In this document: positions 30,370 to 39,637 of the stretch, one piece after another
How the letters are laid out: each line of letters starts with the position of its first letter
Position numbering within the stretch: position 1 is the first letter of the stretch
DNA from: an uncultured virus (IMG/VR IMGVR_UViG_3300022900_000008)
Taxonomy: Duplodnaviria; Heunggongvirae; Uroviricota; Caudoviricetes
DNA: 64,000 nt
IMG/VR virus record: IMGVR_UViG_3300022900_000008
Direction: 5' to 3' (one strand)
Made by a program: the position numbers and the translations under genes
The notes under the pieces: generated by a model
Databases searched by the model: none
The model's input: the letters and a program-made list of their open reading frames with translations, nothing else
Told to the model about the DNA's origin: nothing

Positions 30370-30746
30370 TGAACCCTTTTGAATTCTTAAACGCAATCAA
30401 CTACAGCAAAAAGGATCTGATGGTCGATGATCTGTCTGAAAAGGCGTACAACCCTTTTATGGCTAATCGTGGTCTATCATACTTTAATGATACCGTCCTT
30501 CTTGCTAATGAAATGAACAGGTATCACCACCTAGACTCAAAGCTTCAATTTGACTTTTTGATAAATACAATTAGAAAGCGCAAAAGGTTTTCCAAATGGC
30601 TCAAGCCTGAGGAATCTGCTGCGGTTGAAGCGGTCAAAGAATATTATGGCTATAACGATGAAAAGGCACGCCAAGCCTTGACCCTTCTGAGTAATGAACA
30701 GATTAACGAATTGAGATTGAGGGTCTATAAAGGTGGAAGAACATAA
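30369..30746 (+). CDS. gp62: Clamp loader small subunit gp62
   Basis: YNPFMANRGLS, RKRKRFSKW, VKEYYGYNDEKA. Confidence 0.95.
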   Translation: MNPFEFLNAINYSKKDLMVDDLSEKAYNPFMANRGLSYFNDTVLLANEMNRYHHLDSKLQFDFLINTIRKRKRFSKWLKPEESAAVEAVKEYYGYNDEKARQALTLLSNEQINELRLRVYKGGRT

Positions 30747-31152
30747 TAATAATGTGGCCGTAGAGTGGACTCCAGCCATGATGCTGGAGATAATTCTTAA
30801 CGAGCCCGATGACTTCTTGAAGGTGAGAGAAACGCTAACTCGTATCGGGGTAGCCTCCCGCAAAGAAAACAAATTATACCAATCATGCCATATTCTACAT
30901 AAACAGGGGCGGTACTTTATCGTTCACTTTAAGGAACTGTTTCTCCTTGACGGTAAACCATCCAACCTAGTAGATAATGACATACAGCGTCGTAACACTA
31001 TTGTGACACTGCTTAGCGACTGGGGTCTTATTACTCCGGTTAACGCGCAGGAAGCAAAGGACACGGCTCCGTTACGACAGATTAAGATCATATCCTTTAA
31101 GGATAAGGATCAATGGGAGCTATGTCCAAAATATAACATCGGAAACAAATAA
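30733..31152 (+). CDS. regA: Translational repressor RegA
   Basis: DDFLKVRETLTRIGVAS, LYQSCHILHKQGRYFIVHFKELF. Confidence 0.98.
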   Translation: MEEHNNNVAVEWTPAMMLEIILNEPDDFLKVRETLTRIGVASRKENKLYQSCHILHKQGRYFIVHFKELFLLDGKPSNLVDNDIQRRNTIVTLLSDWGLITPVNAQEAKDTAPLRQIKIISFKDKDQWELCPKYNIGNK

Positions 31153-31160
31153 CGTCGATG

Positions 31161-31233
31161 TATAAATAACATTGGAGTGCGGGATAGGCCCGGCTCTATT
31201 ATTAATCTTGCTTTATTAAAGGAGATAACTATG
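31161..31233 (+). promoter_or_regulatory. Late promoter plus ROSE-like RNA thermometer 5'UTR
   Basis: TATAAATA at 31161; hairpin ATCTTGCTTT-ATT-AAAGGAGAT (31205-31226) pairs UUGCU with the AGGA Shine-Dalgarno, leaving a bulged G. Confidence 0.75.
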
Positions 31234-31701
31234 ACAGGCGTAAAGCAACTTTTCCCACGTGCATCTTTTGTTGGTTTCGACCATCTTTTCGACGAATTGG
31301 ATCGAGTAGCTCGGCATGCAAATGACCACTACCCACCGCATAATATCGTTAAGGTAGACGATCAAGAATACCTTATTGAACTAGCGGTCGCTGGATTCAA
31401 TGAAGAAGAACTTGAAATCGAAGTTAAGGATCGCACTCTCACCGTCTCAGGTGAACATATAAGTAAGGGTCGCGAGTACATTCATCGTGGTATTTCTACG
31501 AAGAAGTTCAAACGCACCTTTAGGCTGTCCGAGTACGTTCAAGTACATGGAGCGGATCTTGTGGATGGAATCCTAGCAGTTCAATTGAAGGTAGTAATTC
31601 CAGAAGAAATGCGTCCCCGTAAAGTAAAAATCAGTAACGGGGGAAACACACGTGACACAAGCAGTACTGGTAGCTCACAGCTACTTAACGAAAGCGATTG
31701 A
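31231..31701 (+). CDS. hsp20: Small heat shock protein (Hsp20/IbpA-like)
   Basis: VGFDHLF, YPPHNIVK, IELAVAGF, YIHRGIS, ADLVDGIL. Confidence 0.95.
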   Translation: MTGVKQLFPRASFVGFDHLFDELDRVARHANDHYPPHNIVKVDDQEYLIELAVAGFNEEELEIEVKDRTLTVSGEHISKGREYIHRGISTKKFKRTFRLSEYVQVHGADLVDGILAVQLKVVIPEEMRPRKVKISNGGNTRDTSSTGSSQLLNESD

Positions 31702-31882
31702 GGTAGTAATTGAATCAATCGTTGGATTCTTCAAAAGCGTTGGTAAAGCAATCATTTTAGCGAGACAAGCAGAAGCTAATCGCAGAGTAGCGCATTATCT
31801 TCGATGTGAATATCCTAAGAAAACATACGAAGAGATCGTAATGATGCTTAACCAGCAAACCATTGATAGGATCTACAAATGA
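31652..31882 (+). CDS. Small helical hypothetical protein
   Basis: GTG start overlapping the end of hsp20. Confidence 0.55.
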   Translation: MTQAVLVAHSYLTKAIEVVIESIVGFFKSVGKAIILARQAEANRRVAHYLRCEYPKKTYEEIVMMLNQQTIDRIYK

Positions 31883-32049
31883 GGTATGTATTCAAGACAT
31901 TGTCAGGCATTTGGAACTCGGTAAGACCGAAGACTGAAGTCGAAAGAATAGAAGAATACCTATCTAAATCAACTGACCTAGTCGACCTTGAGCGTCGGCA
32001 AAAGCAGTTGAAATGGTCTACCAATCCTAATCTTAGGGGTTGGGTCTAA
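31879..32049 (+). CDS. DUF3563-like small protein (absent from the ORF track)
   Basis: MRYVFK...EEYLSKSTDLVDLERRQKQL...GWV; the YLxxSxDxxDLERR motif. Confidence 0.7.
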   Translation: MRYVFKTLSGIWNSVRPKTEVERIEEYLSKSTDLVDLERRQKQLKWSTNPNLRGWV

Positions 32050-32125
32050 AGGGTCGTTACTTAATAAACGCGTGAGGGGTCATGGTTAACCCCTCTTCAT
32101 TGTCACAAAGAAAGGAACATGACAA

Positions 32126-32524
32126 ATGAAAGCAGTACTTTTCGCGGTAGCAGCACTAACAGCAACATCTACCGCCGCGGCAGATCTAGGAATGGGTCTT
32201 GCCCTTAACACTGAAGTCAAAGCATATCACAAAGTGGATGCTGAGACTAATCACTTGACGGTGGAACCAGAGTTGCGCTGGACATCAGCAGCAGGGCCGC
32301 TATCAGTATATGGCGAAATGCCAATCACTATGTACGAAACCAACCACACGAGTGGTGATGATTGGAACGTAGTAAATATTCTTGATGATGGGAACTACCC
32401 GCTTCTAGAACTCGGCGCAGAATACGACATCAATGGTAACACCATGGCGTATGCCGAAACAACTTACGACTTCAACGCAGAAGATCGCGGAGAGATCGAA
32501 GTAGGAGTAGCTTGGACTTTTTAG
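32126..32524 (+). CDS. Small secreted outer-membrane beta-barrel-like protein
   Basis: Ala-rich signal peptide, alternating beta-strand pattern, C-terminal aromatic signal (VGVAWTF). Confidence 0.7.
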   Translation: MKAVLFAVAALTATSTAAADLGMGLALNTEVKAYHKVDAETNHLTVEPELRWTSAAGPLSVYGEMPITMYETNHTSGDDWNVVNILDDGNYPLLELGAEYDINGNTMAYAETTYDFNAEDRGEIEVGVAWTF

Positions 32525-32601
32525 TCCTTGCTATATAACACATGCATACCGACATAGACATAGAATGGTATCGCTACACACACGAAAAAGGAAAGAAAAT
32601 T

Positions 32602-32838
32602 ATGTCAAACCCCTATCAAATCCGTTATGATGTTTTGCAGATGGCTAAAGAATTATTGGATCGTCAATACGAAACCAATATGCAAATGGCCTATCACGCA
32701 ATGGATCTTGCCAAAGAAAATAATGAAGCCGCTCTTGATGCATGGTCTAAGTACGTTCCAAAAATGTACACGCCCGATGAAATCAAAGAACAGGCCGACA
32801 AGCTCTATTCTTTTGTGACTGATAAGAAAGAATCTTAA
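32602..32838 (+). CDS. Conserved phage hypothetical protein
   Basis: NPYQIRYDVLQMAKE...EIKEQADKLYSFV. Confidence 0.7.
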   Translation: MSNPYQIRYDVLQMAKELLDRQYETNMQMAYHAMDLAKENNEAALDAWSKYVPKMYTPDEIKEQADKLYSFVTDKKES

Positions 32839-32846
32839 AACCAACT

Positions 32847-32877
32847 GGGCCTCGCTCTCTGCGGGGCCCTTTCCTTT
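32847..32877 (+). terminator. Rho-independent terminator
   Basis: GGGCCTCGC-TCTCT-GCGGGGCCC followed by TTTCCTTT. Confidence 0.75.
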
Positions 32878-32892
32878 ACTATGGAGACAAAT

Positions 32893-33177
32893 ATGTCAAA
32901 TATTAAAATCGTGAGAATCGCAACTGGTGAAGAGTTAATTTGTGATGTTAAAGAACAGGACGGCGGGTATAACCTTACTGATGTAGCTATCCTGATTCCT
33001 ACAGAAGCCAACCAACTCGGATTGGCACCATTCATGGCGTATTCAGACGCTAGCGGTGGATTCAATATCAACCCATCTTTCATCATGTTCATGGTGGATC
33101 CAGTCGAACAGTTAAAGAACCAATATCAGCAGATGTTCGGCAAAGTAATGACTCCGGATAAGAAAATAATTCTATAA
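32893..33177 (+). CDS. Conserved T4-like hypothetical protein (Sm-like fold)
   Basis: IKIVRIATGEELIC; precedes gp43. Confidence 0.7.
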   Translation: MSNIKIVRIATGEELICDVKEQDGGYNLTDVAILIPTEANQLGLAPFMAYSDASGGFNINPSFIMFMVDPVEQLKNQYQQMFGKVMTPDKKIIL

Positions 33178-33182
33178 AATGG

Positions 33183-33211
33183 TTTACATCCTAGCGGAAC
33201 TATGGTATAAT
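33183..33211 (+). promoter_or_regulatory. Early-type promoter for gp43
   Basis: GG-TTTACA-N17-TATAAT. Confidence 0.8.
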
Positions 33212-33236
33212 AGTATCTAAATTATGGAGGTAAACT

Positions 33237-35750
33237 GTGAATTTTTATACAAGCGTCAATCGCTATGGCAACAATCTGCTCTATGCAGGTTACGAAAACG
33301 GTGAGCGAGTCCTTCGCAAGATTCCGTTTTCGCCGACTTTATATGTAAGATCAAATAAGGACACTGGGTACTCGTCAATCGATGGTACCCGCGTTGAGCC
33401 ACGTGTGCTCGACACTATGCGTGATGCCAAGGATTTTATCGCGACGTACAAAGACGTCGATAACTTTAAGATCTATGGTACAACCAATTACATCAGCCAA
33501 TTCATTTACGACAAGTTCCCAGGTGAGATCAAGTTTGATCGTGATAAGATCAATGTAACAACGATCGACATCGAGGTTGCTTCCGACGATGGATTCCCTC
33601 TTCCTGAAGAAGCGGCTCACCCAGTCATTTCTATCACTGTTAAAAACAACATCGACAATACGTATTACGTCTGGGGTCTGTATGACTACGATGCATCCGC
33701 TTCGTATATGCAGGACCACAGAGTCATATACAAAAAGTGTGACGATGAGATCAAACTACTTCTGGCCTTTCTTGACCACTGGAGTAGTTCGTCTCATTGT
33801 CCCGATATCGTTACGGGTTGGAATACTCGTCTATTCGATATTCCTTATCTTGTCAATCGTATCGCTCGTATCATGGGTGATGACATGGTCAAAAAGCTAT
33901 CGCCTTGGGGTGTAGTTCAGTACCGTAAGATTGCGGTCAAGGGTAAGGAACTCGATACATACGAAATGTATGGTATCTCTCAACTTGACTACTATGACCT
34001 GTTTCAAAAGTTTGGTTATTCGTATGGCGCACAGGAATCATACAAGCTTGACCATATCGCTCATGTTGTACTAGGCGAGCGTAAGTTGTCCTACGAGGAA
34101 CACAGTTCGCTTCATGCCTTGTACAAACACGACTTTCAAAAGTTCATTGATTATAACATCAAGGACGTAGAGTTGGTTGACCGTCTTGAGGACAAGATGG
34201 GTCTGATTACTCTCGCACTTACTATGGCCTACAAGGCTGGTGTCAACTATCAGGATACTTTTGGAACAACTATGATTTGGGATACGATCATCTATCGTGA
34301 TCTTGCAGCTAAGAACATTGTTCCACCTCCATCAACCGACAAGTTCAAAGCTGACTATCCAGGTGGTTACGTGAAGGAACCTCAAGTAGGTCTTCACGAG
34401 TGGGTTTGTTCATTCGATCTAAACTCGCTGTATCCCAACATCATTGTTCAATGGAACATGAGTCCAGAGACAATCATCGAGGGTATGACTGAACCGGACA
34501 TTAATCCGGACACGTGCCTTGATGGCGCAAGCAATCCTAACTCCAATATGGCTCTAGCCGCAAACGGAGTTTACTTCTCTAAGGAACGTCAAGGTATCAT
34601 TCCTGCCATCATTGTTCAGTACTACGATGAGCGTAGGCTCGTCAAGAACAAAATGCTCGAGGCAAAACAATTACTTGAGCAGGCTGATAAGTCTGATAAG
34701 CAAAGGATCTATGAGATCGAACGTGACATCAGTCATTACGAAAACCAACAAATGTCAATCAAGATTCTTATGAACTCTCTGTATGGCGCACTTGGTAATC
34801 GTTACTTCCGTTACTTCGATCTCCGTGTTGCTGAAGCAATCACGCTGTCAGGTCAACTTGCAGTTCGTTGGGCAGAGAAAACGGTTAACCTCCGTATGAA
34901 CCAACTACTTAAGACTGACAACTTTGATTATGTTATCGCTATTGATACTGATTCGTTGTACATCAACTTTGGTCCGATGGTCAATAAGTTTGAGCCTAAG
35001 GATCCCGTTGCGTTTCTTGATGAGGTATGTAAGGGTGAGTTCGAAAAAGTACTTGCAGAATCGTATGATGGTCTGTTCAAACAGTTCGCGTGTTACACTA
35101 ATCGTATGGAGATGGGTCGTGAGGTAATCGCTGACCGTGGCATATGGACCGCTAAGAAACGTTACATTCTAAACGTGCACAACAACGAAGGTGTTCAATA
35201 CGCTGAACCTAAGCTCAAGATCATGGGCATCGAGGCAATCAAGTCATCAACACCATCCGCTTGTCGTGAAGCACTCAAGGAATTGTTCAAGGTTATCGTA
35301 AGTGGTTCTGAAACAAAAACTCAACACGCCATTCAGTCGTTCAAGGAATACTTCTCAACCCTTAAGCCTGAGGAGGTATCATTTCCACGCGGTGTATCCG
35401 ATATCGCAAAGTGGAAGGACAGTAAAACCATCTATAAGAAAGGCTGTCCAATCCATGTTCGTGGCGCATTGTTATATAATATGGCAGTCAAGGACAAGGG
35501 TCTTGACAAGAAGTACACCATGATTCAAAACGGAGAGAAGATTAAGTTCTGCTATATGAAGGTACCTAATCCTATCAGAGAAAACGTAATCTCTTTCCCA
35601 GACTATCTGCCTGCCGAGTTACAACTTGAAAAGTACATTGACTACGATAAGCAGTTCGAAAAAACATTCTTGGATCCAATCATTCCAATTCTTGATGCGG
35701 TTGGCTGGAATCCCGAGGATACACAAACACTAGAAGACTTTTTTGCATAG
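33237..35750 (+). CDS. gp43: Family B DNA polymerase gp43
   Basis: Exonuclease DIEV; polymerase DLNSLYP, KILMNSLYGALGN, IDTDS; no intein or intron apparent. Confidence 0.98.
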   Translation: MNFYTSVNRYGNNLLYAGYENGERVLRKIPFSPTLYVRSNKDTGYSSIDGTRVEPRVLDTMRDAKDFIATYKDVDNFKIYGTTNYISQFIYDKFPGEIKFDRDKINVTTIDIEVASDDGFPLPEEAAHPVISITVKNNIDNTYYVWGLYDYDASASYMQDHRVIYKKCDDEIKLLLAFLDHWSSSSHCPDIVTGWNTRLFDIPYLVNRIARIMGDDMVKKLSPWGVVQYRKIAVKGKELDTYEMYGISQLDYYDLFQKFGYSYGAQESYKLDHIAHVVLGERKLSYEEHSSLHALYKHDFQKFIDYNIKDVELVDRLEDKMGLITLALTMAYKAGVNYQDTFGTTMIWDTIIYRDLAAKNIVPPPSTDKFKADYPGGYVKEPQVGLHEWVCSFDLNSLYPNIIVQWNMSPETIIEGMTEPDINPDTCLDGASNPNSNMALAANGVYFSKERQGIIPAIIVQYYDERRLVKNKMLEAKQLLEQADKSDKQRIYEIERDISHYENQQMSIKILMNSLYGALGNRYFRYFDLRVAEAITLSGQLAVRWAEKTVNLRMNQLLKTDNFDYVIAIDTDSLYINFGPMVNKFEPKDPVAFLDEVCKGEFEKVLAESYDGLFKQFACYTNRMEMGREVIADRGIWTAKKRYILNVHNNEGVQYAEPKLKIMGIEAIKSSTPSACREALKELFKVIVSGSETKTQHAIQSFKEYFSTLKPEEVSFPRGVSDIAKWKDSKTIYKKGCPIHVRGALLYNMAVKDKGLDKKYTMIQNGEKIKFCYMKVPNPIRENVISFPDYLPAELQLEKYIDYDKQFEKTFLDPIIPILDAVGWNPEDTQTLEDFFA

Positions 35751-35759
35751 GAGAATATT

Positions 35760-36182
35760 ATGAGCAAAGATTGGGTAAAAGATATCAATGAAATGCACGC
35801 TAAGTATGGCGTTCATAAGTGGATGCAAGCACAGATGCAATCCGACGTGGATTGGAAGGTTCTTGATGAGTTCCTTAAGTTCCGTCTAAAGTTTCTTGAT
35901 GAAGAATTGAACGAAACGAAAAAAGCAGTCGTTGAGCGAGATCCTGAAGAGATCGTTGACGGTTTAATTGATCTATGCGTTGTTGCGATTGGTACACTGG
36001 ATGCTTTTGGCGTGGATGCGCATAAGGCATGGGATGAGGTTCACCGAGCCAACATGGCAAAAGAACCAGGTGTTAAAGAAAGCCGTCCTAATCCATTGGG
36101 TCTACCTGACTTAATCAAACCTGAAGGATGGACTGCTCCAAGTCATGAGGACAATCATGGAAATCTCGCTAACGCTGTTTAA
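35760..36182 (+). CDS. All-alpha (MazG/PRA-PH-like) dNTP pyrophosphatase
   Basis: EELNE...EEIVDGLIDL..., AWDEVHRANMAK. Confidence 0.8.
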   Translation: MSKDWVKDINEMHAKYGVHKWMQAQMQSDVDWKVLDEFLKFRLKFLDEELNETKKAVVERDPEEIVDGLIDLCVVAIGTLDAFGVDAHKAWDEVHRANMAKEPGVKESRPNPLGLPDLIKPEGWTAPSHEDNHGNLANAV

Positions 36183-37086
36183 CAGCATATTCGATAACAA
36201 GACGGATAAACGTATGGACCTCAGCTCGTGGGAAGAGTTTGAGAATCTTTTGTACGGGTTATCCGCAATTGAAAGAGAAGGCAAGAAAGATGCGCAACTT
36301 ATATCACCTGCTACTTATGTGGTTGACTCAACTAGGGCCAACGCGAATGTTGTTGATTGGGGAGGTTGGGCTGCTGTTGATGTTGATGACCACAATTTTA
36401 ATGGGCAGCTAAAGGATGAGCTATTTAGTAGGTTTGGTAGTCATTACTACATTTGCTATAGTACTGCAAGCAGTAAAGACGATTTCCCAAAGTTTCGGCT
36501 CGTCTTCCCACTTACAACTAAGGTTGAACAATCTAGAATCAAACACTTTTGGTTTGCCCTCAACGAAGAGCTCGGACGCATCGGAGATGGGCAGACTAAG
36601 GACTTATCTAGAATGTATTACATCCCTGCAAGCTATGCTGGCGCTAACAACTTTATCTTTACTAATGTTGCTGGTAGTTGGATTAATCCTATGGAACTTA
36701 TGAATAAGCATCCTATGGTTGAGAAACAAGGTAAGACGTTTCTTGATAGACTACCTGAGTCAATCCAAAAGGAAGTCATTAATCACCGCAAATCAAAGAT
36801 GGAGAACACTAGCATAACATGGCAGAGTTACAATGACTGTCCGTTCGTTAACAAAAAACTCGTTGACGATTATAAGGCAATCAATGGAACTGGTTGGTAT
36901 CATACGATGTATCGTTTAATGGTATCAATCGCCGCAAACGCAGTTCGCCGTGAGTATCCTATCACGGCTCATGAGGTAGCAGTACTCTGTCGAGAGCTTG
37001 ACGCAGAGACAGGTCATTGGTACCAAGGTCGTTCTTTCGAGGTCGAAGCGGATCGTGCTATCGAATTTGTCTATAAAAATATGTAA
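36157..37086 (+). CDS. AEP/prim-pol-like protein
   Basis: AAVDVDD, YSTASS, PKFRLVFPL, KDLSRMYYIP; helical C-terminal domain. Confidence 0.7.
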   Translation: MEISLTLFNSIFDNKTDKRMDLSSWEEFENLLYGLSAIEREGKKDAQLISPATYVVDSTRANANVVDWGGWAAVDVDDHNFNGQLKDELFSRFGSHYYICYSTASSKDDFPKFRLVFPLTTKVEQSRIKHFWFALNEELGRIGDGQTKDLSRMYYIPASYAGANNFIFTNVAGSWINPMELMNKHPMVEKQGKTFLDRLPESIQKEVINHRKSKMENTSITWQSYNDCPFVNKKLVDDYKAINGTGWYHTMYRLMVSIAANAVRREYPITAHEVAVLCRELDAETGHWYQGRSFEVEADRAIEFVYKNM

Positions 37087-37090
37087 AAAA

Positions 37091-37156
37091 TATGCATATT
37101 GGCTATTTACATTCCCTTCAAACTATAGTATAATAGTAGCTATCAGATGGAAGGAG
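37091..37156 (+). promoter_or_regulatory. Class A early promoter plus conserved leader (one mismatch)
   Basis: TATGCATATTGGCTA-TTTACA(37106)-N17-TATAAT(37129); TATCAGATGGAAGGAG at 37141-37156. Confidence 0.85.
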
Positions 37157-37165
37157 AACTAACTG

Positions 37166-37714
37166 ATGGCTTATTATGACAAGGTGAATACCGATATCAA
37201 ATTAAAACTTTATGTTGAACTTATACTCGAAAATCATCCAAACTTTGCTGAAGGGACCCCGTTCCGTGAAGCATTAATTCAAAAACCACAAGTCTTTAAT
37301 ATTGAACATCTTATTGAGGATATGATGGCCATCAGCTCAGGCGGCCAATACAATTTCATTGATGGAATACACGAAGACTTTGATGATGGTTCAGAATGCA
37401 AGACTGGTACACTTCACCTTAATGGTCTTTCGTCAGCAGAAATCACAAATGTTAAATCTCAGAACGGTGTACTTAAGAAAGGTGCTGTTCGCTGTGTTGT
37501 ACTTAATCCTCGTTTGGAAAAATTACATTTTGTCTTTATCCCTAAAAAGGCACTACTTGACTTGATGACTACTAAAAAAGGTACCATTAAGAAATCAAAA
37601 TCAGCTTGGTTAAAATACACTGATAAGAAAGATTCTTTTGATCGTTGCTTTGAGAAATACGGTATCACTGAGTTTGATACATTCAAAGAACTTGCTATGG
37701 AGAAAAACCGCTAA
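37166..37714 (+). CDS. Hypothetical protein, possible PD-(D/E)xK nuclease
   Basis: E..IE helix followed by DFDDGSECKT. Confidence 0.45.
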   Translation: MAYYDKVNTDIKLKLYVELILENHPNFAEGTPFREALIQKPQVFNIEHLIEDMMAISSGGQYNFIDGIHEDFDDGSECKTGTLHLNGLSSAEITNVKSQNGVLKKGAVRCVVLNPRLEKLHFVFIPKKALLDLMTTKKGTIKKSKSAWLKYTDKKDSFDRCFEKYGITEFDTFKELAMEKNR

Positions 37715-38031
37715 TGAAATACGACGAAGGTAAACCAAAGATCCATCTAGTACCACCCGAGGCAATCATCGAGGCTGCACGGGTTTTTGGCTTTGGTGCA
37801 GAAAAGTATGGTGAGAATAACTGGCGCAAAGACATACATAAGTTCCCTGTCTCGCGACACTATTCATCCATTCAACGCCACTTGATGGCTTATATGATGG
37901 GAGAGAATGATGATCCTGAAAGCGGTCTTCCACATCTGTCTCACGCCTTGACTCAAATGATGATTCTTATCATGACGACTCAAGAAGGTGATCCCGAAAC
38001 AACTGATGACCGTTTTAAGGAGAGTGAATAA
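37714..38031 (+). CDS. dATP/dGTP diphosphohydrolase-like domain protein (DUF5664-like)
   Basis: KYDEGKP, FGAEKYGENNW, RHL, DPESGLPHLSHA. Confidence 0.85.
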   Translation: MKYDEGKPKIHLVPPEAIIEAARVFGFGAEKYGENNWRKDIHKFPVSRHYSSIQRHLMAYMMGENDDPESGLPHLSHALTQMMILIMTTQEGDPETTDDRFKESE

Positions 38032-38693
38032 TGATCTTACCTACCGTAAAGGATATTCGTCAATTCTTTATTGATGAACTTAATGATGAAGCGTATACTA
38101 TCGACAAGACAGGTCAAAAAACCATTGAAATGCTTGGCGCAAGTTTCCTTGCTACTGAACCTGCTATCTTTGGTAAACCAGTGCAAAGTTATATTGATGC
38201 TGAGTTGGATTGGTACGAATCTCAATCCACCAACATTTTTGATATACATGGTGATGATAAGGAACCACCTGCAGCATGGAAGTATGCGGCCAACCAACAC
38301 GGAGAAATCAATTCAAACTATGGCCATTTGATTTTCTCTGAAAAGTATAATCGTCAATACGATTCAGTGCTAGGCGAGTTGTCGGACAGTCCTGATGGCC
38401 GTCGTGCTACTATGATCTACAACAGACCGTCAATCTGGGCTGAATACAATGAGAACGGAAAGTCAGACTTTATCTGCACCAACGCTGTTACTTATTATAT
38501 TCGCAATGATGAACTGCAGGCTGTTGTTCAAATGAGATCCAATGATGTTGTCTTTGGATACAAAAACGATTATGCATGGCAACAACACGTACTTGAAATG
38601 TTGGCCGATGACCTTGAGATAGCTCCAGGCTTTATTACATGGCAGGTTCAAAACCTTCATGTGTATGAACGCCACTTTGATCTGGTAAAATGA
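38031..38693 (+). CDS. gp42: dCMP hydroxymethylase (T4 gp42-like)
   Basis: Colinear with T4 gp42 as recalled: DKTGQKTIE, GEINSNYG, SDFICTN (catalytic Cys), MRSNDVVFGYKNDYAWQ (Asp at the dCMP-specificity position), LHVYERHF. Confidence 0.92.
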   Translation: MILPTVKDIRQFFIDELNDEAYTIDKTGQKTIEMLGASFLATEPAIFGKPVQSYIDAELDWYESQSTNIFDIHGDDKEPPAAWKYAANQHGEINSNYGHLIFSEKYNRQYDSVLGELSDSPDGRRATMIYNRPSIWAEYNENGKSDFICTNAVTYYIRNDELQAVVQMRSNDVVFGYKNDYAWQQHVLEMLADDLEIAPGFITWQVQNLHVYERHFDLVK

Positions 38694-38694
38694 G

Positions 38695-39156
38695 ATGAGT
38701 GCTGATTGGGATAGAAGATACCTAGCACTGGCTAAAGAGATATCTAGTTGGTCAAAGGATCCGTCAAGAAAGATTGGCGCAGTCGCGGTTGGAACTAAAG
38801 GTCAAGTTTTGGCTCAAGGCTACAATGGATTCCCTCGTGGAATCGCAGACAGTCGTGATCGTTATAACGATCGCCCTGTCAAGTATAAGTATGTTGTTCA
38901 TGCTGAGATGAACTGCATATATAATGCTACTTATAATGGTGTATCGCTTGACGGTTCAATTATGTACGTATGGGGATTACCTATGTGTTCTGATTGCGCC
39001 AAAGGTGTTATACAAGTTGGAGTGAAACACGTCCTCTGGGGTACGGATATGCTTATCCCAAAAACCTGGGTGGACTCTTTGGAAGATACTACAGATATGT
39101 TTAGAGAGGCTGGTGTGAAAATTACTTGTTTACATTCGCCAGGATCTGTGGTATAA
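38695..39156 (+). CDS. cd: dCMP deaminase
   Basis: WSKDPS, GYNGFPRG, HAEMN, PMCSDC zinc motifs. Confidence 0.93.
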   Translation: MSADWDRRYLALAKEISSWSKDPSRKIGAVAVGTKGQVLAQGYNGFPRGIADSRDRYNDRPVKYKYVVHAEMNCIYNATYNGVSLDGSIMYVWGLPMCSDCAKGVIQVGVKHVLWGTDMLIPKTWVDSLEDTTDMFREAGVKITCLHSPGSVV

Positions 39157-39157
39157 T
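39129..39157 (+). promoter_or_regulatory. Early-type promoter
   Basis: TTTACA-N17-TATAAT. Confidence 0.75.
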
Positions 39158-39166
39158 AACTATGTT

Positions 39167-39637
39167 ATGGAAAATTGTACTGACGTAATATTCATTGGCA
39201 TGCAGCCATCAAAAGCGCGGTTTCGTAAGAACTGCGCTATTGACCGTTTTAGTATATGGATGGAGAAACTAGGTATCAACTGTGTTACCTTTCAGAACGC
39301 AATCACTGATGTGGATCTTCCGCAAAAGGTAACATCAGCTGATTTCCAAATGCTATATAGATGTGTACAAGGATACAACAAAGTTGTTGCCCTTGGCGCA
39401 CTGTCATCGCAGATACTAAAAACGATGGGTATACCACACTTTCGTATGCCACATCCGTCGCCTAGAAATCGTTTGCTGAACGATAAGGCATATGAAGAAA
39501 TGATGTTAATTGAACTCAGGAGTTATATTGATGGTGAACCTAGTGATTCCGGCAGCTGGAGCAGCTACGAGGCTGCGTCCACTTTCGACAAATACCTCAA
39601 AGGTAATGGTTCGAGTCAACGGCAAGCCATGCCTTGA
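39167..39637 (+). CDS. Uracil-DNA glycosylase-like domain protein
   Basis: IFIGMQPS, VVALG, MPHPSPRN motifs. Confidence 0.7.
   Translation: MENCTDVIFIGMQPSKARFRKNCAIDRFSIWMEKLGINCVTFQNAITDVDLPQKVTSADFQMLYRCVQGYNKVVALGALSSQILKTMGIPHFRMPHPSPRNRLLNDKAYEEMMLIELRSYIDGEPSDSGSWSSYEAASTFDKYLKGNGSSQRQAMP

Noticed and set aside
37714..38031. DUF5664-like gene as evidence of a 2-aminoadenine (Z) genome
   Set aside because: No PurZ in the window; the context points to cytosine modification.
38031..38693. Ordinary thymidylate synthase ThyA
   Set aside because: It matches gp42 motifs, with Asp at the specificity site, and ThyX is encoded separately.
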